A stretch of 64,000 nucleotides of DNA from Lingula anatina. Taxonomy: Eukaryota; Animalia; Brachiopoda. The translations under genes were made by a program, and so were the position numbers. This document shows positions 11,384-23,300 of the stretch, in pieces. Position 1 is the first letter of the stretch. Each line of letters opens with the position of its first letter. Location of the stretch: the NCBI GenBank assembly GCA_051362555.1, contig CM120640.1, positions 24,228,225 through 24,292,224 of the forward strand, in the 5' to 3' direction. Under the pieces are notes generated by a model. It worked only from the letters and a program-made list of their open reading frames with translations. It was not told the DNA's origin and made no database searches.

Positions 11384-14300
11384 ATGGAAAACCCTGCTGA
11401 TCTAGATGTTTCCATTCCTTGGGTAGCCCATGGATATTCCAACACACTCCAAAGCAAGAAATATGGCAGAACAATAAAGGATGGTGAAACAAACTTTTTA
11501 CTTTGTGCAGAAGACGATGTGCACCTCAGCACTGATTTGAAAACTTCTACCCCAGTGCAGAAACAAGCCCAGCAAGTAAGACAGAGACCAAAGAGTGCTT
11601 CAGCAGCTTACTCAGCCTACAGTAGAACCACGCCTCCCAGGCCGCAGTCTGCCACTGTAACAGGGGGATGGAGGAAACCCAGGCCACTCAGTGCACAAAG
11701 GCCCTCTAGTGGCCGACCTTGGAAGGTTCCGCCTGGAGAAGACGGCAAAAAGAGAAGGGCATGGAGTGCAGGACCCAGACGGCCTGCCAGTGCCGTATCT
11801 CTCAACAAGAAAAGTTTTACTCTAGTCAGCAGAGCATTTGAAGATGAACGTCTCATGTATGAGTTTTCACCTCATCCAAACCATCGTTTTTTAGACAGAC
11901 ATGCTCGATGTTTTGACCATACGCATATCCACCTACAGCTTCTCCTCACTCGACCTCAAACAGCATGCCGCCACTGTGGGGAATTCCGCTGCCCTATGGG
12001 GGATTGTGCATATGGGACCAACAGTACTGTGGTTTCTCCAGGCAGTCGCCCGCGTTCAGCAGCTGGAGTGAGAGACCCACCAGAGACAGAATATGAACAA
12101 TACATTGCTTACACCAGACCTGCTAGACCCAGCACTGCACCTCCAGGAGGAAGGGTACAAATATATTTTTTTTATTTTTTTTATTTTTTTATTTTTTTGT
12201 TTATTTCAATCTTATGAAGGGTTGATGTAGAAAGAAAAGAGAATTATTTATAGTGTTACAAAAACTGAATAATGATTGATAATAAAGGTTAGATGTTCCA
12301 TGGAACTGTATCATTTCTTTTAGCAAGTGAAATGATACATATTAAATTTCAAGATGCAGAGAAGGGAATTTAATAGTTGATAAACCAAATTATTCTTCCA
12401 GAGAGGGTTGGCTGAGCGTGAGCCAGTGAGTAGTAGTCTTGATTAATGTCACTAATGTTGCAGACTTGATAAATATTACTAACTATATATATTTAAATGT
12501 TGTATTTGCCAAAAGAATAATGATGGGAAATAACTAATTGACCAGTAACAAGAATTAAAAACTAATTAACAACAATTTGAAAATAAGTTTCTCTGCACGT
12601 AATACTTTTATGCCAGGAAGTAATCATAAATTAGATAGCATGTTTGTTGCCACATTAAAGCACTGCATGGGGTACATTAACACTGATTTAATGCAGATTT
12701 TATCGACTAATTGCTAGCGCTTATCTACTTTTACTGTTTGAACTAGGATTCTTGCCCCTTATATGTTGTTTTTGAATAATGGATTGTTTTTGATTAACTT
12801 GCCTGTAGAGAAAAATCTTTCTGAAGTAGCTACTTATTTAAAGTTTAAGTACTCGCCCAGTGGTGGAGGCTTGATAAATGTTTTAATTTCATTACCTTTT
12901 AGACATATACCTTTAAAAGGGGATTGGTTTATTCTGTTCATAAAAAGTATCACCTAGAGGTAGTAACCTCAAAGCCAATTTGTTTGGTTTGATGTGACAC
13001 CATTCATATGTAACAAAATCATGATATTTACACAGGTGGTCAATATTTTGTTGATATTGTTTGTCAGAGTGTGAGAATGTGAGAACTGACTAACCGAAAA
13101 AAAGGTGACTTAACAGTGCATGATTTCATGCTTTGTATAACAGTGCATGATTTCATGCTTTGCATATTTCACTTTATTTTAAAAACATTCAACACATAAA
13201 ATCATATCGACTCTGTTTTTTTTTCTCATATATCTGTTATTAATTTTTTTTTCATATATCTAATATATATAATAAATAGATTGATTATTACATATATATG
13301 TAAGATGTAATAGGAAGAAGTACAATTATATTCATACAGTTCTGATTTTTTTTTTATTCCACTATCAGGTAACCCGTGGCCACATTCCGCATTTCTGCAA
13401 CTTCGTCCAGAGTGCCATACTTCATGAGCGTGACCATTCCACAGAGATTCATCACCATGATCACCACCACCACCACCACCAATACTCTGATGTAGATATT
13501 GACAGGAAAGACAGCAGCAGTCAGGGACACGGCGGACGTAGGTCTGCCAGGCCCTTCACGGAGCCAGAATATGTGCGACCCGAATCACCTGTGGTGTCTG
13601 AGGTGGAGGTGAAAGAGGAAGATGACTGGGATGAAAAGATAGGTAAGTTGTAAAGATTAACCTGTGCAGTCCATATAATTTCATTTTGTGACTTGAGAAA
13701 AGAATAGTTTTAGAAATTAAATGTGATGGGTTTGATGTTAATGCCTGTCCATATAATTTTGTTCTGTGGCCCAAGAAAAGGATCATTTTAGAAGTAAAAA
13801 GATGTGATATTTTTTTACATTTATATGGATAATTTGTTCAGTGATGTAAATTGATGATGTAGGGTAATGAGGAACTTTAGAAATGATTACTTCTTTTTTT
13901 TCTGTTTTAGATGTAACCATTGTGGATAAAGAAAATGGTAAGTTTTTAACCTTTTTTATATTGACAAGTTTGATGAATTTTTTCTGTTTTCAAAATATAC
14001 AAGAAAATATTAAAAAGCTGGTTTCATACACAGCCTGAATTGTAGATTGGATCCACCAGACACTTTTATGATAGGTTGTAGTGAGTATATTCTGAGCATA
14101 TGTATTATGTGAATATTTTCTAAAGAATATGCATTACATCAAGTGCATGTGCAGAAAAACAATTTTAGCATTGCATATATAAGTAAAATTTAGCACAAAA
14201 ATTTAACAGCTTTCGTGGTTTGTCTTACCACATCACTTGTATGCATTTACTTACATTCTTTTGTAAAAGATTTCCAGCATAGAAAAAAATTACTTTAAGC

Positions 14301-17300
14301 TTTTAAGAGCTAATTTTGAATGATGTAATTTTGAATTTTTTATTGAAAAAAAAAACTCATATGCAAGGGGCAGTATACATTAGGTGATTAAAAAACGTTT
14401 TTTCTCTTTCAGAACCTGAATTCCAGAATGATTCTGAAATACGTAATATCACACCACCTCCAATTCCACACCCGCCTCTCCACCCCCCACCAAAACCCTG
14501 CAGTGTCTGGATGGAAACACCACCTGTGGTAAGTTCTACTATCTTGAATAAATAAATAAATAAAAGAAAATTTAAGTTTCCTTGGTTGAAAGCCAATTTT
14601 TAGGTTGATGTCTGGTCACAGACTTGCCCTCTTTACATTTAATATTTTTAAATCTATTTATTGCTGAATATGATTATGTAGCATGTTTTAAAAAATGTTC
14701 ATTCGCTGCCAGTAGATGGTATATGGTATTACCTCTCCACTTACAAAAGTTGTGTTAGTGATGTGATTGATTTAAAAGGATAATTACCTTGAAATAAAAA
14801 CACTTAACTTTTTTTTATTATTGAAAATTCAAGGTTATTAAATATTATGTTGAATTTTTCCTAAGAGCTTTTTTGCCAGCCACATTTTCCTTGAGGATAC
14901 AAGGAAAATCACAAAATAAATACATCTACGGCAACATGGAAACATGTGATTAGAGATATTTATTACCTGTGAATCAGTTCATTAATCCCTTCCCTGATTG
15001 CCTAGTTGCATACTTATTTAGCATTCACTGTCTGATGTTACACATTGATTGTATTAGAATTAACAAAGAGCCTTCTGGCAAGTACTTTAACATGCCACCT
15101 TTTCAATCACTGTTTATACAAATGAATATTGATTCACAACAAATTTGAACAGTTAAGCTAGACCCAGTTAAATTGTTTTGATCGCTAGTATCAATTCCAC
15201 GCATATGAAAAGCATAGTTTTCTGGCCTGGCAGCTTCCAACCTACAGCACACACCTACCAAACTGTTATCAGAAACCATACTGCTATTTCTTTTAATAAC
15301 ACAGTGCTACTGTGGGTATTTTCTGTGTCAAGTATCTAATTCCTGATGTATCACTCTTTATGGACTGCTTGCACATGTTTTCTAATCAGACCAATAAAAT
15401 TTAATAGGTGTGTATTGTTGAAAGAAATTTTATGTTAGTTTGATAAAGGTGAGTAGATATGGCAGTACATATCAGCAGTGTAGTTGTGGGGTGTGTGATA
15501 CTAGTGTGTATTGATCAGGGCCTGTATCTGTATCAGTTTTAACTTAGACCACAAGGCTGGGACAGGCGCCACACAAGATTGTCACCAAATATGTGATTCA
15601 GTGAGAGCAATAAAATTTAATAGGTGTGTATTGTTGAAAGAAATTTTATGTTAGTTTGATAAAGGTGAGTAGATATGGCAGTACATATCAGCAGTGTAGT
15701 TGTGGGGTGTGTGATACTAGTGTGTATTGATCAGGGCCTGTATCTGTATCAGTTTTAACTTAGACCACAAGGCTGGGACAGGCGCCACACAAGATTGTCA
15801 CCAAATATGTGATTCAGTGAGAGCCTCGGTAAAACTCCTTATGCAGCAGGGTTTGTTTTAAGCATTTGTAAGTACTTAACATAATGATATTTTGTATTTG
15901 GAACATTTGAAATTGACTTAAATGATATGGGACTAAAACAAAATCTCTCTGGCTTTTTGCTAGAAAGTTACTCTTTGAATAGGTGTTTTTGTTGTCTTAT
16001 ACTTGTTTTCTGGAGTAGTTTTATTAAATCCATTTAAATCCAAAAGGGAACTATCTTTGTGGAGTCTATGAAATGAGGTATTTAAAGAATTATAAAGTTA
16101 CATCATGTCAATGGTTATGGTGAAATGCCTGATAGAGTGTTCAATGGTGAATTGCTTGGACCATAAATTGTATTTGTGTCTCAAAAAATTTTACCTGTCA
16201 TTAATCAGAACATATTTATTGTATACTCCATAAGGGCGTTTTAATATTCGCACATACAAAGACGTGTGAGTCATCTTTATCCTAGAAGACAGTCTCCTGC
16301 CCCCCACCACTCTCACATTAACTACTAGAATTTGTTAATTGATTGATTTATGAATTAATATAAAAGGTACAGCTAGCAAAAGGCTCCCAATAATCTTTTA
16401 ATCCTTGGCAACTGCATGGTAATCTTATAAGTAAACTTATCCCAGGCATAATCGACATGTTCGTACAATATTACCAGCTCTCCCAGGGGAGACATACAAC
16501 CTCAACAACACTTGAAGATATTGGATTGTATTTTTTGAAATGTGTATTTTGCAGAATGTATATTGCTGGTATTTGCACTCACTTTGAACAGCTGTTAAGC
16601 TTTTGGATGCTAATGTTTTGGTATATAGTTTTAATGGTTTCAAGTAAAAAAGAAAAAAAAAGATATTTCAGTTGAAAAGTTGAGTCTTTCATAACATGAT
16701 CCCTGACATTTATAGATCAGGAAAATGATATTAAATTAGCATTGCAAATATTGAAAGTACTGCTTTTCGGCAACAAAGATACTTCCCATGTCATTTGTGT
16801 TTGCTAGCGTGATCATTTTGTCAGCATCTTGATCATTTGCCTCAAGAATCAACTGCTGAAATTTTAATGCAATGTTGCTATGAAGCTTTTGTGTGGCTTT
16901 TTAGCCAATGGTGATTTATAATGGGAAACAAATATTGGAAGTAAGAAAAATCAATTTACATTGACCATTTGCCAATACGATTGTCTTCTACCTGAGTGTA
17001 GATGCCTGAGCCAATACTATAGAAAGACATGATTTGATGTTTACTCCTGAGTTGTACAACATCTTCTCATAGTTTGAAGTGTGCAGAACTCCCACTCTGA
17101 TACAGCTTACTAAGTACGGTAAGAAGCTTAGCTAAGAAGGTAACTTTAAGGTGAGATTTGTAGCTAAGTTTTAGGTTAAATGAGAGAGTAGAACTTGCTC
17201 TTTTGTAATGATTATATTGATGTTTAAGTAAGCAGCTGTTAGCTTTTGGATTAGGCTTATGATACAGGAAAGAGGTTCAGGTAAATTCAGTTTACCAGAT

Positions 17301-20300
17301 CATATATTTGCTAGAAATAAATATGCAGAGGGCTTAATTTTTTGATTGCCTGGGGGTTGTAAACACTGTCTTGGAGATTTTGTTTCAAAGAAAGTTTGTT
17401 ACACTGTGAAAGGAGTGAAAATGAAAGAGAGATGTGTTTACAAATGTTAACTTTTTCTGTTTTGTAAATAGATTGTTTCATCTAAACTGTAGGTTCATTA
17501 TTAAATTTGTGGTCGATATATCATTTTATGTTACATAAATAATGTTATCATTTTTTGAGCCGATATATTGCTTTATGTTACCTATAAGTTTATTATTAAA
17601 TTTGTAGCTGAGTGAAACTGGGGGTTTGGTATGATATCTGCGATGTCTGCATCTGCCTAGTTTAAAACCAACATTGAATGGTTAGTTTACAAAGTACATT
17701 TTCCCTCATTGATTTCCAAGAACACTGAAGATGTTTATCCCAAAACTTTTCAGTCATTGCAGTTTCATCCTGTCCTATTTCCAAAACAAGGTACATGTAC
17801 CATTGTTTTATTTTCATTCAAACAGAAAAATTGCTGTATGAAAATAGGGTTCTTCCATGTGTAGGCATTTAATTTGAAAGAATCCCATGTATTTTTAGTT
17901 ACCAAAACCTGACTGTGTATAATACTTGTAAGCTGAGAATGGGTGACTTTAGTTCAAAGTATATTTTTGTGAATAAGAAAAAAAATGCTATGCACCTAAG
18001 TCACCCATTCAAAATTGGCTTGTTAAATGAAAAGTAGGTCTATTTTGTGTGACTTGCTGAAACAAATTTTGTAATTATAGCTTACCTGGATAGCCTTAAA
18101 ATAGTATTTTCAGGATATTAGCTGTACAAAAAGATGTCTATTAAATGGTTTTGGTGACATGAAACGATTCCGAATAATTAATACTTGGATACAGTGATTT
18201 GGATTTCAAACTAACAATTGACTTGAGGGGAAAAGTCTACAAAATTCAATCCATAGCTGTTCAGATGGAGTTTTTTCCGCCCAACAATTCGCCTTAAACT
18301 TTTGTGATTTTGGTTTCAGAAGTCCCTCAGGTTGGTATAAATAAGTACAATGTTGAAAATGATAATGCATTTTTTATTTAACCTTCTTTATAATGCTTAA
18401 AGTTATGCTTTTTACTTCTCTTCCCCCTTTTTTTTTCTGTAATTGAAAGAAGTAAGTGGTCCCCTCGAGCTGCATTGATGTGTGCACTGGCAAAACATGG
18501 CAGACAGTGCTTTCAGGTTACTTTGTATTAAAAATGCATTGAAAACACTCCGGAGACTGTTGCTGTGATTGAGCATGTGTGTTAAGACAGGTTAAATAGA
18601 CATCCTGTATTCCTAACAAAGAGTCGTTTTTCAAATGTATTAATAAAGCTGTTTGGTGTGTTTTTTTCCTTACATAAATGGCATGTCAAAGGAAAGAGCT
18701 GTAATAAAAGACAGAATTAAAATCGATGCTGTGTTTTTAACAGAGTCATTTGCAGATACATTGATAGAGATGAGAGTTTTACTCTGGAAAAATATCAGTT
18801 TAGGAAGAAAAAAATGGCATGTTCTCTTCTTATGACTGTGAAGTGGATTAGAAAAATATTGACTGAATATCTCGTTTCCTTTTTTCATCCACTAAGGTAA
18901 TTGAAAAAATATTGATAAATATGTTTGATGGGATTTTGGATGGTTGCCGATAGTTACCATCATTTTTGATGACATCAAATAACTGAAGCAGATGGTTTTT
19001 CTTCTGTTTTCTATAAGAAATGACTACATACGTGTATGTGTGTCTCATTTTATCAATCAAATTCAACTATAATGAGAACTAAAATGCTTAAGAGTTGTTT
19101 GTTTTTTTTTCTAAATTTCAGAAGAAGCCAGTTCCACCCCCTCTTCCAAAGCCAGTGGAGAAACATAAGCCTGTAGAAAATCCAAAAAGAGTTTGTGTGA
19201 AGAAAGAGAAACGGCCGGTGGAGAGGGAGAGACAGAAAAGAGAAATGGAGCCTCCGGAACCAGTGAAAGCAGCAGATCCTGAACCCCCACCACCCCCACC
19301 CCCATCTGAACCAGTGGAGGAGAGGTAAGATACAGTGTCAACAGGGTTGCTACCAAGGGGAGTTCAGGGGGTTCAAACAAACTGTCCTTTTTGCTGGGAA
19401 AAGGTCTGCTCTGGGTAAAACTTGATCTAGATACACAAGTTAAGGTTACATGGTAATTAAAAGGACCACTTTTTCAGAAAAAGAACTCCTCCTTGGAAAA
19501 AGCTGGCTGCAGGTCTGCTAAATAAGATTTTAGTGGAAAAGGGTCATAAGTACTGTTGTAATTTATGCTAGGGTTATTCTTATCAACATAAGAAAATAAA
19601 AAAATATTGGATAGCATTTTAATGACTTATAATTGATTGAGTGATGATTCTGTTATTTGACATGATAAAAGGGTTAGAATGACCCAATCTGTCTGATAAG
19701 AAGGTGATTTACCTTTTATGTAGGTTCAGGATTATGATGAAGAGACCTGTAGTTTGTGATGTTGTCTCAAGGTGGCAGCACTGAACTCTGCCACTCTGAT
19801 CTGCCTGTAACATTCCATATATGTCTGTGACAGGTAGCTTTTTTCATCATTTGGTTATTTTAACTGACCTTCTTTTCTATGAATAGGATTATAGTATGAA
19901 AAAAATTATTCAGCTCAATCATTTTCATTGTCTAGGAGTCAATATGCCTACATTGTGTTCTAGTTGATATAGCTATAAGACTCTACACCCTCCATAATTA
20001 TTTGTTTCCTGAAGATTATACGCGTGGAAAAAGATGTGAAACCATGCATCTTATCAATAGGAATAGGGGTCAAATTAGCATTGAATTTTTATATCAAAAT
20101 ATTATGATCACATTATCGACACTTTTCCTGTATTATGTCCAATTTCTGTTTCGCTTTTTTTAAAAATTATTTAGAAAGTTGTATTAAAGTTTGTTTGCAT
20201 GTTTTTAGATCAATTTTTAAAAATTTCAGTCAGGAGGAGCAAAGTTAATTATCATCTCTTCTGCAAAGTCTTATCCATTTTTCTATATTGTGATTTAAGT

Positions 20301-23300
20301 CATGTGTACCCCAGATGAGCCTTCTAGCACAATGGCTGAAGTAAGGTCATTATTTTGTTTTATCAACATGCTACAATTTAGGTCAATTTCATTATTTGGC
20401 TCTGTGAAATGAGTAGAGCAATCTCACCAGAAGTTTATTTTATATTATAATGTAATAGAATTGAGTCATGATTTTCCCACCCCAAGCAAAAACAGATACA
20501 CATCTTTTCATTTTGATATATTTTTTAACTAATCAGTCTGCGCAGTGATAGAAAATGTTTTTAATCTTCTTGTCTGTAATCTGTAGTCCATATAGATATA
20601 TAATATGTAAAATAGATCACTACACTCATGTTGCTGACTGAAGATAGAAACTAACGTTAACCAGACATCCCACCAATGAAATGGCTTGTTTGCAGTTACT
20701 GTTGGTTACCACCAAATGGAACTTCAACAGCTCAATTGCCAGTACTTTGCAGTTACCACTATAATATTGACTGCTGAAAAATTGAGAATTTACTCAGCTT
20801 AATTATTTTATTTCACAAAATGTAGAAAGAAATAAAGCAACATATTCTAATAAAAAAAGCAAGTACCAGTATATTTAGCATTTAGGTGCAGAATGCCAGG
20901 AAATAAATATATATTTTTAATGGATTCTATACTTTTCACAGTATGTAAATAGTTTTACAGTAATGGGCCATGGCTTGCAATGGCACAGGTTATTCAAACT
21001 TACTCACATCATTAGCAAAGACCTCAACAAAAAGCACGCACTTGTCGTCAAACAAGGCTGTTAAGCGATTGAGTTTATCTATTGTAAATTTCATGGGCCA
21101 GCAGAGCTGGCTAAGCTTCTGCAAATATTTTCATAAGTTATACAGCAGATATTAAATCCAGTAAACGTCCAATCCATGACAGTCAGAGTTATTAGCAACC
21201 AAGTCGTAAGTGGCGCACAGTTAAATGCATTGCCATACATAGGGTTTTAACATTTAGTGATAGTGCAAGGGAAAAGTAAGTAAGTTTTATTGTTTTTAAC
21301 TTTTTCAATGGTTTATTATTTTTTTAAAATGATAGATCTGTTAGGTGACACTTTCTTAGCTCGGTATTAAAGAATTAAAACTTTGCACTGAATTCTATCT
21401 TACTGAGAGGGTTGTAAAAGATATGGGTGGTGTACATTTTACCAAAATGTCTGCCTCAATGTTTAACTTCTACCTCACCCCATAATGGATAGACCAATTA
21501 TTTAAATATCAGTCTCAGTTTTCTTGTGATTATAGATATTTTTGTGTACCTTGGGTCATTATTTTCCACTTATGCTTGTGCTAAATGTTACCACAGGCTT
21601 GTTGCATGGAAACTGCTATGCTGGACTACCTAGTATATGTTGTGGACTTTTCTTCAGTGCTTAATTGTGATGATTGAAATGTAATGTATAAATATGTATT
21701 TTTAAAAGGATTTTGGTATTGATTTCATGCTATATATTTATATTTGTAAATAGGGGTAAAAAGAACACTCATGGTTCAGATTTTAACATTGAATTTTTGC
21801 TTGCTAGATATACTAAATTTCACCATAATAATTTCTTATTTGCAGTAAGCCTCAGGCAAAAGAGCGTCCTGTGGTAGGACCCCCAGACCTTCCAGAACTT
21901 AAACCAGCCGAGAGACCTGCCACCCCTGTGAAGCAGCCGACACCCACTCCACCCAAACACCCAATACAGGGAGGAGTGGATGTGGTCAAGGTAGACCCTC
22001 TGGTAAGACCAAATAACCTTCTTTTTATTGCTTACTAACTCACATCTTTTAGCAGTAATATGGCTTTGAGTTTTTTCACCACCCTATCTAGATAACCATT
22101 CATGTGTTCCAGTTAACAGTATTCTACAGTATTAGATTGCTGTAGGTTTTTTTTTTCATAATGAGACAAAAAACAGTGTCTAACAAAATCAGGGTCTGTC
22201 GCTTCCCTCAGGGCTGTGACAATGTTAAGCACTTAAAATTGCAAATGGAGATTGATTCTAATGTATGGCAGATATATTTGGTACTATTGTTGTGAACTGA
22301 CTGTATTTTTTGCTGCATTTCCGTGCAATTAATGATATTGATTATATCCAACTTAAAGAGGCATTTGAGAGAAGTATGGTTAGATATTGGCATTATACCA
22401 GAATGTATATGAGTGTGTGGTAGAGGTAGAGTGTGTATATATAGAAGAGAATGCTATATGCTGGTCAGGATGGAGACAGTGATGGGGCTGCTGTGGAGGC
22501 AGACGACATGGAGGAAACTGAAATGGAGGCTCCAAAAGAACAGCGTGCAGTGACCCCTAAAGCCGCAGGAAAAGGAAAGACCAAGAAAAAAGGAGATAAA
22601 TCAAAAATGACAAAATTGAAAAAGGTTAGACGTGGAAACGGAGTGGACTTTTGGCTGAAGTGCATGATCTGTGATTTTGTTCTTTGCAGTAGAATTTATT
22701 TTTACAATATGGATGAGTTTTAAACTGAAGTTATTTGATGACTATGAAAGAATATGGGATTTATTTCAGTTACTTGATTCGTGTTTTTCTCTGTTGATTT
22801 TTTTTTATCTAATGCTGTATGTTATTAAAATTTATTTAGAACTGCACACTGAGATTCAGTGATCTAAAAATCTTTGGGACCCAAGCATATACTTGATATA
22901 CTGGCATTAATTAACAGTAAACAAACCTATGGTCTGTAGAGGAAAGGCACTGCCTAACTGAAAATCAGTGTGTTGCAGTAGGTAAGCAGTCTTTTTTCTT
23001 TTGGGGTTCCATTCTTCTATGTTTTAGTCTTAATTTTGATGACAAATTTTAGTTTAAGCATGTAAATGAAAGGTTGATCATTTATTTACGTTGTTAGAAA
23101 ATTCCATCTTACTTTAGATATGTTAACAACTGTAATCTTTCTTTGCAAGGTGGCTTCCTCACTTGAAAAGCACAGTGTAAATCAAATATAATGACTACGC
23201 TTTTCTGGTTTCAAAATCAAAATGGTACAATGACTTTGAAAATATTGCAGTTGAAATTATATGAAAATCTTATTTCCCTTTGAGATTCCCTATATGTAAA

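Noticed and set aside
19641-19696. Possible C/D box snoRNA (GTGATGA...CTGA with CAATCTGT before box D)
   Set aside because: Only about 8-9 nt of potential 18S complementarity, no convincing terminal stem, and short length; expected by chance in AT-rich DNA.
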